DNA from: Phoronis australis | Lineage: Eukaryota; Animalia; Phoronida | Direction: 5' to 3' | Assembly (NCBI GenBank): GCA_002633005.1 | Contig: NMRA01000161.1 | Location: forward strand, 687,275 to 751,274 | DNA: 64,000 nt | Part shown: in pieces, positions 23,401 through 35,400 of the stretch | Position numbering within the stretch: position 1 is the stretch's first letter | Layout: every line of letters begins with the position of its first letter | The notes under the pieces: model-generated | Databases searched by the model: none | What the model saw: only the letters and a program-made list of their open reading frames with translations | What the model was told of the DNA's origin: nothing | Made by a program: the position numbers and the translations under genes

Positions 23401-26400
23401 ATGAAAATACCCCAAGCATAAATGATTTTGACTTTTCTTACCAAAACTGCCATTTTCATAATGAATGCAACAAGCTCATGCATCACAGAAAACTCCAGCA
23501 AGAACACAAGGAGCACTCCTTTTGAAAATCATTTGTTTTCCTATTTTACATCATTTACAATTAGTAGTCCATTACCCAATCACACGGACAATCTTGGCGA
23601 CACGGTAACGATTACCATGCCGGTCTGGCAGACCACAAGCCAGGAATTCTATGATGGTGTCCTTAGGTGGCAGAGACACCATGCCAAATAGCCTACAAGT
23701 GTCGCTGTGCAGGAAGACACTTTCAATACCTTCTGGAAATGGCTCACAGGCTCTGAAAAAAAGAACACCAAAAACGGGAATTTTAGTTAAAACGTGCATG
23801 GCGCTAAACAAACAAGGGCATAGCCTGCAGAAAAGCATGATTGTGTAGAGATAATAATAGTGACCCCTTGCACATGGAAGTCTGCACACTGAACAGCTGT
23901 CTATGTACTAATTTGCTCATTACCATGATGGTTCTTAAAAGAATGAATGTGGAGGAAAAGCAAATGTTTTTGTGCTTTTAACAGAATTACAAATTGCCGG
24001 TTATAGGTAAAAAAAAACAGAATGGTTCGGTCTGTGATTTTTTGAGAATTAATGCAATAATCAAGCAGTATTAGCTGCACATTTCTCAGACGAGCTGAAA
24101 TAGTGAAGTATATCATTTTCCGCAACATGACACTTTTTCCTCTCCTTCAGTGGTCAGGTGACAAGACTTGTGTTACCACACATCTCCCTTATTTGTCAGT
24201 TAGTTCATAAAAAGGCGACTGTTGCTGACTTGGCATGCCACTTTGCTCAACTGCCTCAGATACATATACAGGTTTGGAAAAAAAGAATTTCAATAAAATG
24301 TGATGCGGGTGAATGTTTTTCTTTAAGAAAACATGACACAAGTTTCGAAATAAGTCGAGTGCAGATCAGAACCAATAACGTCATTTTCCTCAGTCTTATC
24401 TTTACATTTCTATTAGAACATTAGTGGCCTGTTAACAAGTCATGGAACACCAACAAAATTATATAACTGACATACAATCTTGCTTTTGTGCTAGCGTCAA
24501 CAGGAAGCGGCGCCAACGACATCACTTTCTCGTGTTGCATACATAATTGACACGATGCAGAAAAATACAAAGCGGTGGAAATCCGCTGGCACTCAATAGA
24601 CTCGGGCTACGATCTTCCTGCCACTTCCAGAACTTACTCCCAAAAATCCGACATGGGTTTCATCGCAAGACATATGACAATATGTGATGACAGATACAGG
24701 CGTGGCCCCAGTTTCCCGCCGTTCTACCTGATGAAGGTCTCAAGAGGAGACCGAAAGCTAGTGGTCTCTATATAAACTTCATGACTCCGAAAGGTAACTT
24801 CACATTATGCAGGCACTATATAAAATTTAATTAACATTTAACCTAGTGTAAGTCATTCAGTGGCTTTGTACTGAGTACAGGCATTTAACCTTGACATGAA
24901 AATAAAGACCAAAGTACCAATCTGTCAGGATGTGTAAGAGTAAAAACTAAAGTCATACCTTGCCAAAGGGTGGCTGCAAGAAGTCACAAAGCAGAAGTCC
25001 CTGGAAAAGCGTGCCACAACGCCAATATGACGACTGACAGGGTGTGGAACGTACTGAATGTCATCGGGGTCATACAGATGGACAGCGGGACGAGTAAAGA
25101 GAGCTGGAGCAACGGAAAAGTCTGGCATGGTTCTCACGTCTACACCTAGAGAATGTTCACAAGTTGAATTGAGCAGGAATGGGAAAACAATGAGGCAGAC
25201 AAGATGTGCAACAAAATCTCGGACACTTTAATAGGGGGACTAGTGGAATGATATGCTCTCAATTTTCTTTAAAAAAATCAACACCACACTTATTACTTTA
25301 TCATTATTATGTTAAGCACCGTATTTCGTCAGTAACGTTAGAGCCTCTGGAAAAACGAAAATGGGCAATCATGGCCATAATCTCTCTCCAAAATGCATGA
25401 AATTTCACCATCAGCTTCACACAAATCTGATGTCTGTAGTACTAAATAAAGGAGAATTCTACTACCAGGTAGTGAAATGCATCTCAGAACAACGAAAATA
25501 GGAATCTATTACACAGAAACAATACAAGGATCCCTAACTCAACAAAGGACTGTAGTATAATTAGACAAATCAGTGATCATATGGTCAAGACATGATAACT
25601 ACAGAAGTCCAACATAATCCGCGGAGCCTGAATCTCTTATATTATCAAAATGCACAAGCCTCCTCAGTCACTCAGCATTCTTTTCTCTAAGACAAAATTC
25701 TTATCTCACAAAGTGCGAGTCTATAGGTTTCCTTTCTCATGCACCACAGTTCCTTTCTATCAAACATCTTTTTCACACAAAGTACTTTTTCACAGAACAG
25801 CATTCCAAATTCTTCACAAGCAGTATTTGTTACTTCAGATTAGAAAGCCATTACAAGAACCCAGAGAGCAGTTGGTGACAGAGGAAGCCTTAAGCTCCCA
25901 TGACAATGCGACATAATCCACCGATACCTTCCTGCTGAACAATGCTAGAGCGAATGGAGACAACAAGTTGGAAGTGAGGCAATGCGTCAACATGGGATTG
26001 ATCTCCCAGGATAGACCACAACGGACAGCCACTGATGACGAGTATACCAGACTGTGCTGGAGTATCCTTAGATTGTTGGGTAGCTGAGAATACCTAGAGA
26101 TAGAGGGGAGAGTGCAATCCGATTTTACATGGTTAACAATTACAATAAAGGGCTTAAAAATAACAATCACTAACAGTAACAATAATAACAACAATAATAA
26201 TAATGATAATTATAATGATAATGATGATAATAATAACAACAAATAAGTGAAATTACAATTATATTTGATGCAGTAGTGGTAACAGTATTAGAGGAGGTAG
26301 TAGTAGCAAGTCTTGCCATGCCAAGAATTAAGGTGTTTAAGGCAACAAACATATTCACCACAGTGTGATTTTCATATTTTTAGGTTCATAGCCACATGCC

Positions 26401-29400
26401 AACTACAGCATTTCAACTTTCTTATGATCTAAAAATGTGAGTACCCTGCACATAACTTTTCACTTACATGGCCAATGCGGATATTTTCACCCGTGTGCTT
26501 GTACAACTGGGAGAGAATGTTCAAATGGCTGGAAAACAACAAACATGACCATGACAGTGACAGTTCTCAATAGTTATTACATTCATTATTTGCACACAAT
26601 CGAACAATTGCCCAGCAGACAAATGATGACAAAAATTCGGTCAGCATTTGATGAGGTAGTCATTTGTCCACCAACACCAACCTCATCACACACAGGCACA
26701 ATTCCTATTGTGCTTCAAAGCACTGCCACTTGCGTAAATATTCAGCTCCATAGAACTGAGATTAGCATTCTTGACATTTTGGTTTGTTGTCTGCAGCGAA
26801 TGTTGTAGCTACTATTGCAAAGAAAAAACTTCCAAAAACCTAACTATATGTATTGAACTCAAGGCATAGTTTTTAGTAAAAATATTTTCAGAAAATTTCA
26901 TTATTAGAAAAGGAGCACATAATAAAGATGAAAGGATAGAAAAAGATATGTGAGTAAAGAATGCCACAGAGGAGGCAGTGTGGCCAAATGTGAGAAGTGC
27001 CAGCTTTCTTTACTCGAGGTCGTGGGTTCAAGTCCCACTCGGCCACACTGCTAAACCCTTGAGTCGCGTTTCTAGCTCCTCAGCTCGGTTTTAACCAAAT
27101 ATTGATAAAGCATAAAAATGGTTCCAGGTGATCAGAGCAATGGGCCCACATGCGCAGCTTGTGCAAGTCTGGTACCAGACCGCCTGCAATTACTTTTTAT
27201 TTTGAAGAATGACACAAATTTGTGAAAGATTAAGGAAACATAGTTTGAGTCCCTATATGCTTCATGCAATCAGGTATTGCATTCTCCACTTTGTCTCTCA
27301 CTCTTCTCACTCTAGCAATAGCTACATTAACAGATTAGAAGTGGTCTAACATGTCGGGCTTTTAAACAAATCAAAGGAGTTTGGAGAAAAAACATGATAA
27401 AACTGCCAAGTCACATTCAACTTATAAATAGCTATGTGGAAGAGACACCCACACCATCAGTAGTAAAAACAAACACTATACAATCCCAGCTAGTAACCAC
27501 TAGAAAAATAAATCTGGAACACAAAACGATCTCTACTTACAATACATCCAAACTTTCATTATTGATATTCTTAGGATATCTCAAGAGAGAACGGTGACAA
27601 CTTCACGATCCATAATTCCCATAATCCAAGTTATATGGCTATAGTTGGATATAACGTGCGCACATTTTGAGAACCAGTTTGACGACTGCTATTCAGTGGA
27701 GAAAACTGGTTCTCAAAATTCAGTAACATTATATCCAACCGTTACCAGTTATAAAGCAGTAAAACAGTGTCCTATGACATTTTGAGCAATCGGATAATAA
27801 CTATGTCATGACACATGTAAAGTAAAAAGAAATGGACTTACAGGGTCTTGTTGAAAACATAATCACCCAATTTCTGTTGAGAAATAGAGGACAGAGATTT
27901 TTCTACACAGGCCTTTGTAGGAAACACCACCTATTGGACAGGTAAAAATTACATTCTGTCAATGAGGTAAGAATTTTTCAATTAAATTCTAAAGCAGGTT
28001 ATTGTTGGTGATTTGCAAGAGGTAAGAATTTTTCAATTAAATTCTAAAGCAGGTTATTGTTGGTGATTTGCAAGATTGAGAAAAGTACAAAATCATTTTT
28101 TTATTTTCCTCATAAAAGTATTGTGTATTTGGATGAACTACTACACCATGACATGATAATGTCTGCAAAACTGCAACCATGGCCTGTATTAAAGGTGACA
28201 GTTTTTCACTATTTTTTTCACTAAATTGGTGCCCGCCTATTTAACCAAGAAGAATGTCACTGTATCAAAGGGCGCACAGCGGGTTTGGAGCAAAGGTCAC
28301 CGATTTCAGGCCCTCTTTGTATGGTGGAATTTGCTTCTGAACATTTACAAACGTATCAAATCCTATACTTTCTATAGGATATTTGGAAACTGTTAGGGTC
28401 TTGTGTGCTGATGCTGATAGTGTGCACTAGTGTACTTCTAGCACTGTTTTGTTATAATGTTGCTCTGTACATGACTTTTGGTTGACATCTTTGTAGAATT
28501 TTAAGTTTTAAATCTACTTGATTTTATTTATTATTCTATATATCATTTATTTACTTTATTCCGAGGCTCATGCTATGTAATTTTGAAAGTCAACAATGAA
28601 GAAACTTTGGGGGAAACTTTTTAATTATACTACAACTTTTGGACAAAAACATTTGCCAAGAATATAGCTCTTTTTTCATATTTCAAGGGCCTCTTATATT
28701 GTTACAAAAGTGGCAAGCATCTTTTCAAAATACTCTTATGGTAGCTTTGGTACAGAACTTCAACAAATAGTTTGGTGTTATAATACTTTTTGGTGGCGAA
28801 AAATGAGAAAATGAAATTTCAATTTGTCTGCCATATAATGTTCTAAATTTGTGAGATATTACCTTGCAGTAAAGTGAGAAGTAAAGCAATAAAAATAAAA
28901 GTCATTTACATTAAATTTTGCCTTCACAGACTGCTCAACCACAGACATGCAGTTTTTTACTAGAGCCTCTCTTCCGATGCTACTTGTTTGTAGTGTGGAC
29001 TGAAAAAGAAACACGCAACATTGGTACAAATAAAATCATCTTAGTCTGGACGAAATGAAAATCATAAGTGACTAGAACTACTGTCTACAAGAGAGCCCTG
29101 GCTTTACGACCCTGATCCCAATGTGTGAAGGGCAACAGCTAATGAAATTTCCAAACGAATTAAGTTAAATATACTGACCCCAGGTCACCTGAAGACCAAA
29201 TATCAGACTTAATTAAAGCTGCATTTCCCCTGTCAGCTGGCTAAAAAAGCAAATCAAAGTCCTCATAATATTCCTTACCGTAATTAAGATTTCATTTCCG
29301 ATTCAAGCAACATGCACACGACTCATATTTCAAATTCAAAATTTTAGGGTTGGCTAAACCTAATGTAGTCCCTGAAATAGAATCCTACAACGGTAAGGAA

Positions 29401-32400
29401 TATTGCGATACCAATTTCATAGGACTTAATTCGATTTTCATTACTTAGCTAGCCAAACACACTGAAGTGTAACTTCAAGAGTAGGCAGTGACTTAATCCA
29501 GTAACTTTGACACAGGCACTGAGTCCTCTCAATTTTGCCATGTCACTGTTATTCCTTCAACATGTATATGATAATGTGCAAAGTCACTTTCCTACGAGAT
29601 GGAGTGCATTCAGTAAACAGGTCTGTTCTAAATTTTATCTACTTCCAAATGTCGAGATAGGTCAGTGAATTAAAAATTGTCATCAGGTAACAAGTAAAGG
29701 TAAATGTAAAAGTAAGTAATCATAATCACTAATAGATAAAGGTATTTAGACAAGAATTAATTATAGTTTTTCTGTTAACCATAGTAAGTTGAAAGTCATG
29801 CTCCAGTATGCACTAACTGACACAAGTTACCTGAACTTCTGTACCCTCTTCGAACTGACAATCTCTCAGAGCCCAGTAAACATCAGAATGTTTTTTACCT
29901 TGAAGGACAGCAATTGTTTTACATCAAAAACAAATAGTCATTTGTTCATTCATAGTTTTGCTAACAATTTTTGATAACATTTAATAAGTCTGTCTGGTAG
30001 CGACACATATGCACACATGCAAACTTGAACACACACACGCGCACACAGTACAAATGGCACAAAAGCATGTCCACATCAAAGAATAGGCCAAAATGGAAGA
30101 AAATAGGTTCTACGTGTCTATTCCAACACTTATTTTGAAACCTGTGCCTCAAAAGTTAAGGAAGCAACAGCAACGCAGAACCCATGCCAACAACGTAAAC
30201 AGTGTCCTTCTAGGGATGTTTATTAGTGTCAAAAATGGATACCAGGCAGCACAGAATATGTCAAATCCATCTCAAAATAGATAGATGCTCTCACCATCAT
30301 AACAGAAACTTGTTTACCACATTTCAATAAAATCTGTGAAAGGACTCTGAATATGCAGATTCAAACACAAAAACTAAAAAACACTTGCCAAATCTCGTCA
30401 ATCTCTTGCCAATGACGTCAACATGCACCCACATATAAACAGGTGGGCACATAAAAATGACCCACTAACATCAGTGTCAGCCGAGGTCTGGAATTTAAAA
30501 CCTAAAGCTCACTGGACAGTCCCAAATTACACAGTGAACTCTCTTTTGTCCTGGAGGTAAAAAAGTCTGTTGTTTTAATGTAACGCCAGGCACGGTTTTT
30601 CACAGGTCATGTTGGAAATGTGTATGGCAGTGGAAATATTCCTGATTTCAACTGTAATTATATACAGCCAGATTTGAGTGTCACTGTGTATTCCGGGATG
30701 AACCTATTACATCACGATTGGCACGACTCACAGTCTCACAGTATCAGTGCCATCGATTCAACCACAGCTAATCTCGTCTGTACCAAGTGAACTCGTGATG
30801 GGAAAAGTAAAAAATGCACCAATTTTGCAAGATTTTTTCATTGAAAATGCACCAACTAAAAAAAATAACTCACCACTGATAAAAGCGGACCACAACCAAG
30901 TAATTTCCTTTTTGACCCAAATGCTATTATGTGGCCTATCCCAGAAAATTATCAGACTTGATTTTTTTCAATTCTTTACAGCTAGACTAGACTGAGTATT
31001 TGTCATCATGATAAACGATTACTGCAGGCACATCCTTTTAATAAAGTTCATACAGTATTCATAAGTTGTTTGATCAGTCGCCAGTTCGCTGTCCTAATCA
31101 ACACCAAAGGATGGAATAAAACCTACAGGAGCAAAAAAATCATCAGACTTAACATAAATCTTTAAGGCTAGACTAGACTAGTTTTTTATGACTATAACTG
31201 TTGTGCGAAGAAGGAAAATGTCAGATTCCAATATTTGAACTTAATAAGATGGTCACATTTAAACATGATGGTGAGACTAGACCATCAAAATAATCAGGCT
31301 AAACTACTTCGCACTAACTCAATCAAACCTCTTCACAAACCTGGGTGAGTGGTGGCAAGGCCAACACAGGGGGAGAGGGCCGTAAAGTCTACATCACGTA
31401 GAATATCCTCATGGGAGACATTCATGCTGTCAAGTAGCTTTCTGAGACTTCGCCCACAATTCAACACGGAGATGTCTGCGAAGGCGAGTTGGAAGCAATC
31501 ATTAATCCATGGCACATTAACATATCGTGTTTTTTTTACTGTTGAAATACCAGTCTGCATTTTACAGAAGATTGTAACCATTGACCTTTTGCTGATGTTC
31601 CTGATACTTAGCAACATTTTCGTCTCTATTTATCCAGGTTTTGTATTACTTATTACTTAGCTCTTTCATTATTCTTAACAATATACATTTTCAAATTCGA
31701 CATTCTGCCAAGTAAGAAAGACCTTTAAATGGAAATAACGTTTTGCTTTCTGGGTACCGTGATTACTTGGTTCGGTAAATAATTAGTAAAAGTTGAATAT
31801 GCCCAGTTACGAGTCAGTTTCTCACATTCTTACCTGCCCCAATGGATTCTTTCTCACTGATAACTGGTAGGTCACAAAGCCAGCCATATAATGTGACCTC
31901 ATGCCAGAAGTCATGATCGAATGACGGGCAAATCACCAAGCGCAGATGAGAATCGTACCTGTAGGTCAAGACAACAAAATGTATTTATCATATAATTTGA
32001 ATAGTATCAAACAAAAAGAATTGAAAAACATTGTTTTTTCTCATTTTCAGGTATTCTAACATTGCACTCTAACAATATCTGATGGCAGCTGTGGTACAAA
32101 TTTTGAACATGCATACGGTCCATGGAAAAAACAATAAAATAAAATTTCACTTGATGGCCATATTGTGCCCTAAATTGTTACTCTAGGCTGAAATTATCTA
32201 CAACATATGGATCATTCCATTTGCACTGGCATGACTACATAGTTTTAAACAACTTTCTTAAAGTGCTGAAAACCACCATTTACCTTGTTCTTACAATTGA
32301 TCACATTCATTTGTCAGCATTGTTAAACATTCCTTATCATTGCATATCACAATCAAGACTTCAATATATAAAAAATGAGATAATAGATGAAAAGCGATTT

Positions 32401-35400
32401 CAATCAAGTTTCTTAGCTCCACGGACATGAGTGTGATACATGGACGTACCCAGTGTGTAATGTCCACAAACATGCAAGTTTCTTGTCCAAAGATGTGCCA
32501 TACATGCACTTCTCTGATCTCACGCAGGAAAGTGAAAAGAGCTACAGCATGGTCAAATACGAAGTTTTCACAACCGTTACAAACACAACCCCTCAACATT
32601 CCATTGTATATCATAAACCGCAGGAAAACGTACAGCATTATATCAGATGACTTTTCAGACTCACAGTGGAGAATGACAAATGTTTCGTTTGGTTGTTCCG
32701 GTTTTATGTTATGTTTCACCACTAAATGCTCGTACCTCAAGATCAGGTAATTAACATATCATCCAATAGTATTTGAAGGTGTTCTAATTTGACAGTTGGT
32801 CAGCTGGTGTTCTTTTTTTTCTTTTTTGGTGTTTTTGATATGAAATTGATGATTTTAAGCACTTTAAAACTGAATTTTGAATAATGAGTTCCTAACCTTA
32901 GTTCAATTAACAGTTTTCAAATTAAGCACAAAAAAATGTGGAACCTAACTTAAGTTTTTCAGAAAAAAGTTTTTCAGTCACATAAATATAGCCATGGCAA
33001 CACATCCGTCGGCACATGATTTAAGTTCAGCATCATTTTGTGCAACCACCATCATGCATTGTCCCAGTGACAAGTCGGTCACAGAACCTGAATACCAGCT
33101 CACCTGAGCAGTGCAAAGCTTGAGTGCAGTCTGGCTTTACCGCCCCCTGGTGGATGTATAACATGGGGTGCTCTGGAATCATCGCACTCACAAGCATCTG
33201 AGGAAAAAATGTGTGGTCAATAACTGACGGCATCCAAGGATTTACAATCGTAAAAATTTTCCACTTCAGGTGCATTTTGTATAAACAGAATCTTACCAGA
33301 TTTGGCAGTACATCAATTTGTCAAAAATAGCCGCCATCACTTACATGTGTTCCCATATTGTACAACATCAAGGTGAATGATCACTTGTCATTAATAATAC
33401 TCCTTGAATTTGGGATGGCCAATAGTACCTATTTCAAAACAAGAGCAATACGGAGTGTTGAAATGCGTCCACGACTGCGATGCAAATGGTGAGCTTCTAA
33501 TGGCCAGGTGTTTTTAGTACCATAAAAATGGCCATTATATGGTGCAGAATAGGTCAAACCCTTCCAAAATTGGGAAAAGGTCACCGTCTCTATTACAAAA
33601 CTGTTTATCAAATTTCATGAAAATTCACCAAGTTAATGCAGATGTAGACGTAAAAAAATTGCCATTTAAGAAGGCACAGTCAGCAGCAGTGAAATCCGTC
33701 AATCAGAATAGACTTGACAAATTGTGAAAATAATGTCACTATGGAGCACCACAGTTATGTCGGACCCATCTGAAAATCCACGCCAGTTGTGCCCAAGTCA
33801 GTAGGAAAATACCTGTCAATTTTCATAATGGTTCTCTGATCGGTTTGGCAGATACAGAAGCAGATGACAAAAAAGCAGACTCAAAAAATAATTGACATGG
33901 CCACTAGGTGGCACAGAATACGTCGAATCCATCAAAAATTGGAAAGATGCCCCATCTTCATAATAGAAATTTGTTTCCAAATTTCCCTTAAAACTATCAA
34001 GGAACTTGGACGATGTAGAGGCAAAGGTTAAAAATAAATTTGCTACGGTAAAGTCGCGTGATTTTCGGACACTGAAAATTAATTCCAATAGAAAAAAATC
34101 ATTCTTGGACGAATCTCGCGAAATATCATTTTGTGGTGTCCGAATTTGGCGGACCTCCAAATTTGGGTTTCCGCTAGTGTCCGAATTTCGTGGGTGTACA
34201 TTATTTCGATGAGCGGTCGCAGTATCAACAATGCTGGCTCGGTCATTTGATANNNNNNNNNNNNNNNNNNNNNNNNNNNNNNNNNNNNNNNNNNNNNNNN
34301 NNNNNNNNNNNNNNNNNNNNNNNNNNNNNNNNNNNNNNNNNNNNNNNNNNNNNNNNNNNNNNNNNNNNNNNNNNNNNNNNNNNNNNNNNNNNNNNNNNNN
34401 NNNNNNNNNNNNNNNNNNNNNNNNNNNNNNNNNNNNNNNNNNNNNNNNNNNNNNNNNNNNNNNNNNNNNNNNNNNNNNNNNNNNNNNNNNNAGGCAGATG
34501 CTAAAAAAGAATTCATAATCATAAAAATGGCCACCAGGTGGTGCAAAATATTCGAATCTGACAGAAAATGGAAAGGCAAAGCAATTAATTGAAACACATT
34601 TGACAAATTTCAGAAAAATCCATCAATAAATTCCAAAAATACAGAGGCAAACACAGATAAACTACAACTGCCAATAGGGAGCATACCTGTAGTCGGATTG
34701 GTCTGAAACAACTGTCATCATCCGTTATCATCTCCAAAGCAACATATCTGCCACATTTCACAAAGATATTCCAAAGATTTAAGAACGCCGTGGATGCCGT
34801 CAAAAACATACCAAAAAACTTTATAATTGGCACCACAAGTGGCACAGAATGCGTCAAATCCATCCAAATTTTACGCAAATCCATCAAGGAACTCCACAGA
34901 TAGAGAGAAAAGTAAAAATTAAATTGCCACTAGGGGAACCAAAGCAGTAGTCGAATTAGTCCCAAACTCATGGTAGTCTGTCACCACCTTCATAGGAACA
35001 CATTTGTCAAATCTCATGATCCTGCAAACGGGTTTAGGAGATGCAGCCATGGACATCGAAAGCTCAGACAGAGATGACGGAAATATGCACCCAAATATAA
35101 ATATGTGGGCATATGAAAATGGTACAAGCTCTGACCAACTTGATCCGAAGACAGTCATATCATAAAGCCATGTAATTTGTGATCTTCCAGGGCCGTAAAT
35201 GTGTCTTCAAATAGAGAACACACAAAAAATAATCGCACAAAATGGCGTGTTCAGAGGTTAGTTAATAATCTGATATAACCGACCAGTACCGGTGTTATAG
35301 TTCAACCATGGACGGGCAATGGAATAATAGTGAAGAGAGATCAATAATTGGTCAAAACGAGCGAGTGATGTCATATGTCACGCCACCTACTGGCTCCATC

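Noticed and set aside
26971-27050. tRNA gene
   Set aside because: A/B boxes are present, but the D and anticodon arms do not form a proper cloverleaf and a SINE-like body follows
34079-34606. ORFs of 95-175 aa
   Set aside because: Artefacts of translating through the N-gap
34687-34702. 16-nt micro-exon (cag|accaatccgactacag|gtatgc) on the - strand
   Set aside because: Lies inside a repeat element and does not restore a complete downstream phase chain
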